A stretch of 33,639 bases of DNA, from assembly GCA_012862495.1 (NCBI GenBank), contig BLSG01000357.1, positions 26,632 to 60,270 of the forward strand, written 5' to 3'. The number at the start of each line of letters is the position of its first letter. Within the stretch, counting starts at the first letter, position 1. Source of the stretch: Thraustochytrium aureum (taxonomy: Eukaryota). Under the pieces are notes generated by a model. That model was not told the DNA's origin. It saw only the letters and a program-made list of their open reading frames with translations, and searched no databases. The translations under genes were made by a program, and so were the position numbers. Of this stretch, positions 31,117 to 33,639 are shown one piece after another.

Positions 31117-31619
31117 CGATGCGCAAATGAGAGTCTCAGGTTGATGAGCAAATTCAAACAGAGCTCAAGCAGGGCTGCCACGCGCGTGTAGCGGCAGAAG
31201 GCGGCGAGGGTCGTCCGGCAGGTCGAGGCATGTGTTTGAGTCAAGTGGCCCCACCCCCTTTTCAAAGGGCGATGATGATGCGCGCTGCCCACAGAGAAGG
31301 AACCAGGTGGATTCGTTCCCGGATGCGTTCCCGGATTGCGAGCCGTCAGCTGTGAAGGCTGGCGCGAGTCGGCGAGCGTCCTGCACTTGTCTAAAGCGAC
31401 GCTGCCTGAGTCGACTTGGTAGATGAGTAGTATGAGCAATCACCGCGAGAGTGATCATCATCAGCATGTGCCCCCTGGAAACGGCCAGCGACGATACTCC
31501 ATGTGGTTGGGTGTTACTCAACGCTACTTACGCTGAGAGACAGGAGGGGCGACCTCAAATACAATACGTGGCACGCCAGCAGCCAGCACATACCAGAAAG
31601 CTCTGGGGGCGAGGTAGCA

Positions 31620-32550
31620 GGTTAGAGATTGCTGCCATTGCAGGGCAACCAGGCAGGATGAACTGCGGGAAGTGGCTCGGGGGGTCGCCCAAGGGTGCAC
31701 GTGTGCGCGGATAGGAGTGCCAGCCGCGGGAGGCCGGAGCCAACCAGGCGGCCACAAACACAGACGACAAGACTGAAAAATCAGTTCACGAAGCTTGACG
31801 GACTCGGCCAGCTGAGCAGGTACCGCTGAGTGAGGGAGAACGGTCCTGCTTGCCGTGTCACTGCCAGCCGACGGTAGGTAGAGTACGGCAGAGTACGACG
31901 ACGTCCATTTGCAAATGCTTGTTGCCCAGGGCGTGCCGGTACAACATGGCCACCGCCTCTTCATGGGCTTCCCGCAGGTGGCCCCGACGATGCTTTGCCG
32001 CTGCTGGTCTCGGACCGACTTGCCGCTCAACCCTATGTCCTGACTGTTGAGCATGCTAATATTAATCTTTCAGCTTCCCACTGTTGTGACGGCTGGCGGC
32101 GATCAGACAGCTGACTGGCAGCGTCTCGAAGGTCCGTTCCACACGCTGCCGCAAGGGGCGAGTGTCGGGCTCTACAAGCACCGGGTGGGGTAGGGGAGGT
32201 ACTCATTAGACTAGAGGACAACACAGTGTACCCAGCATGACCACCCGGGTCTTGGGCAAGCTCGTGAACCGCTGCATTTTCGCGTCGTTCCGAAAGAAAA
32301 CAGGTGAACACAATTGGGTGTACATCTAAAGGTACTTGGTAGAGTAGGGGAGAGTAATTGCTTGGGCCAACTACTTTGATGCACAGTTGACCATCAGCAC
32401 GGACGTCTCGTGTCAACACCGCAAGGCTCTGATCTGTCAAGTTTTGCGTCATCTGGATACCTTTGATTCGCATTTTGACGTCTGTTTCTCATGGGGGCGG
32501 CCTGGGTCCTCTCCAGCGAGCCGCCTCCGTGGCGCAGCGCGGATTCCCTG
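31620..32550 (+). mobile_element. Degenerate RLE-type (CRE-like) non-LTR retrotransposon relic; boundaries approximate
   Basis: Ordered remnants NCGKWLGGSPKG (GAWL...P motif), RLFMGFPQVAPTMLCRC (RLG.P...CxC zinc-knuckle start) and TDVSCQHRKALICQVLRHL. Downstream cagcgagccgcctccgtggcgc resembles the approx. 24990-25015(-) copy. Many stops and frameshifts. Confidence 0.55.
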
Positions 32551-32807
32551 TTGGTGCTGCTCATTGGTTTGGCAGCCGTGCTTCTTTCACTATTCTTTTG
32601 AGGTCACGCTGCCCGTTCTTATCGTTACTCTACCCTTCTCGTTCTCATCAGAAGTATTCAGTGCACCGTAGGTAGTAGCCCCCACTGGCGATCACACAAG
32701 TAGGCCTCCAGAGAGCTAGCTCCAGAGAGTACGCTGTCTCGGAGTAGGGTTTTACATTTCTGGCTCGCTGTTTCAGCCAGCAAGCCAGCCAATCGGTGTT
32801 CGGGCGA

Positions 32808-33639
32808 TCAGGCCTCCAACGACTCGATAAACTGTGCAAGTGGCACCCCCCCAGCATGCTGGAAGGTGTGCAGGAGGCAAGAAAACTCGTCCTCGCTGAG
32901 GTTCACCCCAAAGTCAATCAGCCCCATTTGAATGAGACCAAGTCGAGAGCTCCGTCGCGGCATCTGTCGAGCGCATCAAGGAAAGTCCGGAGCGCGTCGA
33001 GGCCCCCGTCTATCATGTGGACTTGATCCCTGACAAGCTCTAGAACAGCCTCCGGGGTGATCATGGAAGCACCCGGCATGCTCTCGTCGCCGTTCTTGAA
33101 CTCGTGCTGACCAGGTTCGCAAGCGGCCTCGATTGTCCATGCGTTGCGGGGCCTGCACGGGCACTCGGTGGTCCGGGGCCCGCTTGCCGCTGTGCTCGGC
33201 CTTGAGGAGGTGCACCTTGCTGGGCCTCTTATCGAGGCAGCAAAACACCTCGAGCTCGGCACCATAGTCGCTATAAACAGAGAACGTCGAGTCGAGCGCC
33301 AGGGACTTGCCCGTTGAGCAGTGCACGAGCTGGATTGGCTCAAAGGCGCGCACAAGCCTGTCCTTGGCGAGCGCTGAGGGCATCGGGGCGACCAGGGGCT
33401 CCACGCGCCAACGAAGATAGGCGTTTGAGCACGTGTCGATGACCTGGGCTATCCTGACCCCCTGCTGGCCCGAGTTGCCCGGCCCGCCCATGGCCGATGC
33501 TGGCGCGGACATAAGATAGAACGGGTTCTGGCAGAGGCCACTGTGCGGGTCGACGCGGAGCGTGGGCTCGGTAGCGAGAAGGATCTCGTCGCCAAACTCG
33601 AGGCGCTCGCCTTGCGCTTTGGCCCGCTTGCCCGGGGCT
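32808..33639 (-). CDS. CFAP161: CFAP161-like ciliary protein with a C-terminal EF-hand (calcyphosin-like) module; 5'-partial; frameshifts near 33146 and 32922
   Basis: IQLVHCSTGKSLA..YSDYGAELEVFC..P/NAWTI fits the CFAP161 H..T...L....G.E.EV...N.W pattern. Then LDRCRDGALDLVSFKWG/LIDFGVNLSEDEFSCLLHTF..VPLAQFIESLEA* once one base is added to the G run at 32921-32925. Confidence 0.72.

Overview
Draft-assembly window (8 N-gaps) from a GC-rich, gene-dense, intron-poor eukaryote, not a prokaryote. Evidence: short GT-AG spliceosomal introns with CTRAC branch points, cytosolic uL23, COMMD5, p24, a kinesin and a ciliary CFAP161-like gene. A flagellated protist such as a stramenopile is my inference only. 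About 15 protein-coding genes can be read, in order: a PLP cysteine-desulfurase/selenocysteine-lyase fused in frame to an AlaX tRNA-editing domain (absent from the ORF track because it runs off the left edge; the top finding), RPL23A, an NDUFB1/NUUM-like complex I subunit, mitochondrial uL1, a C2/coiled-coil protein, COMMD5, TPI, a TMEM209-like protein, p24/TMED, a CENP-E-like kinesin, a hypothetical helical protein, a compact FDXACB1, a GT32 glycosyltransferase, an SGNH protein with a mucin-like 36-bp repeat stem, and a CFAP161/EF-hand protein. Four fragments of one degenerate RLE-type (CRE-like) non-LTR retrotransposon family lie between genes, three of them around the GT32-SGNH pair. About nine frameshifts interrupt otherwise intact genes, mostly at G/C runs, and are most likely consensus errors. 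All calls come from motif recognition by eye; no database search was run.
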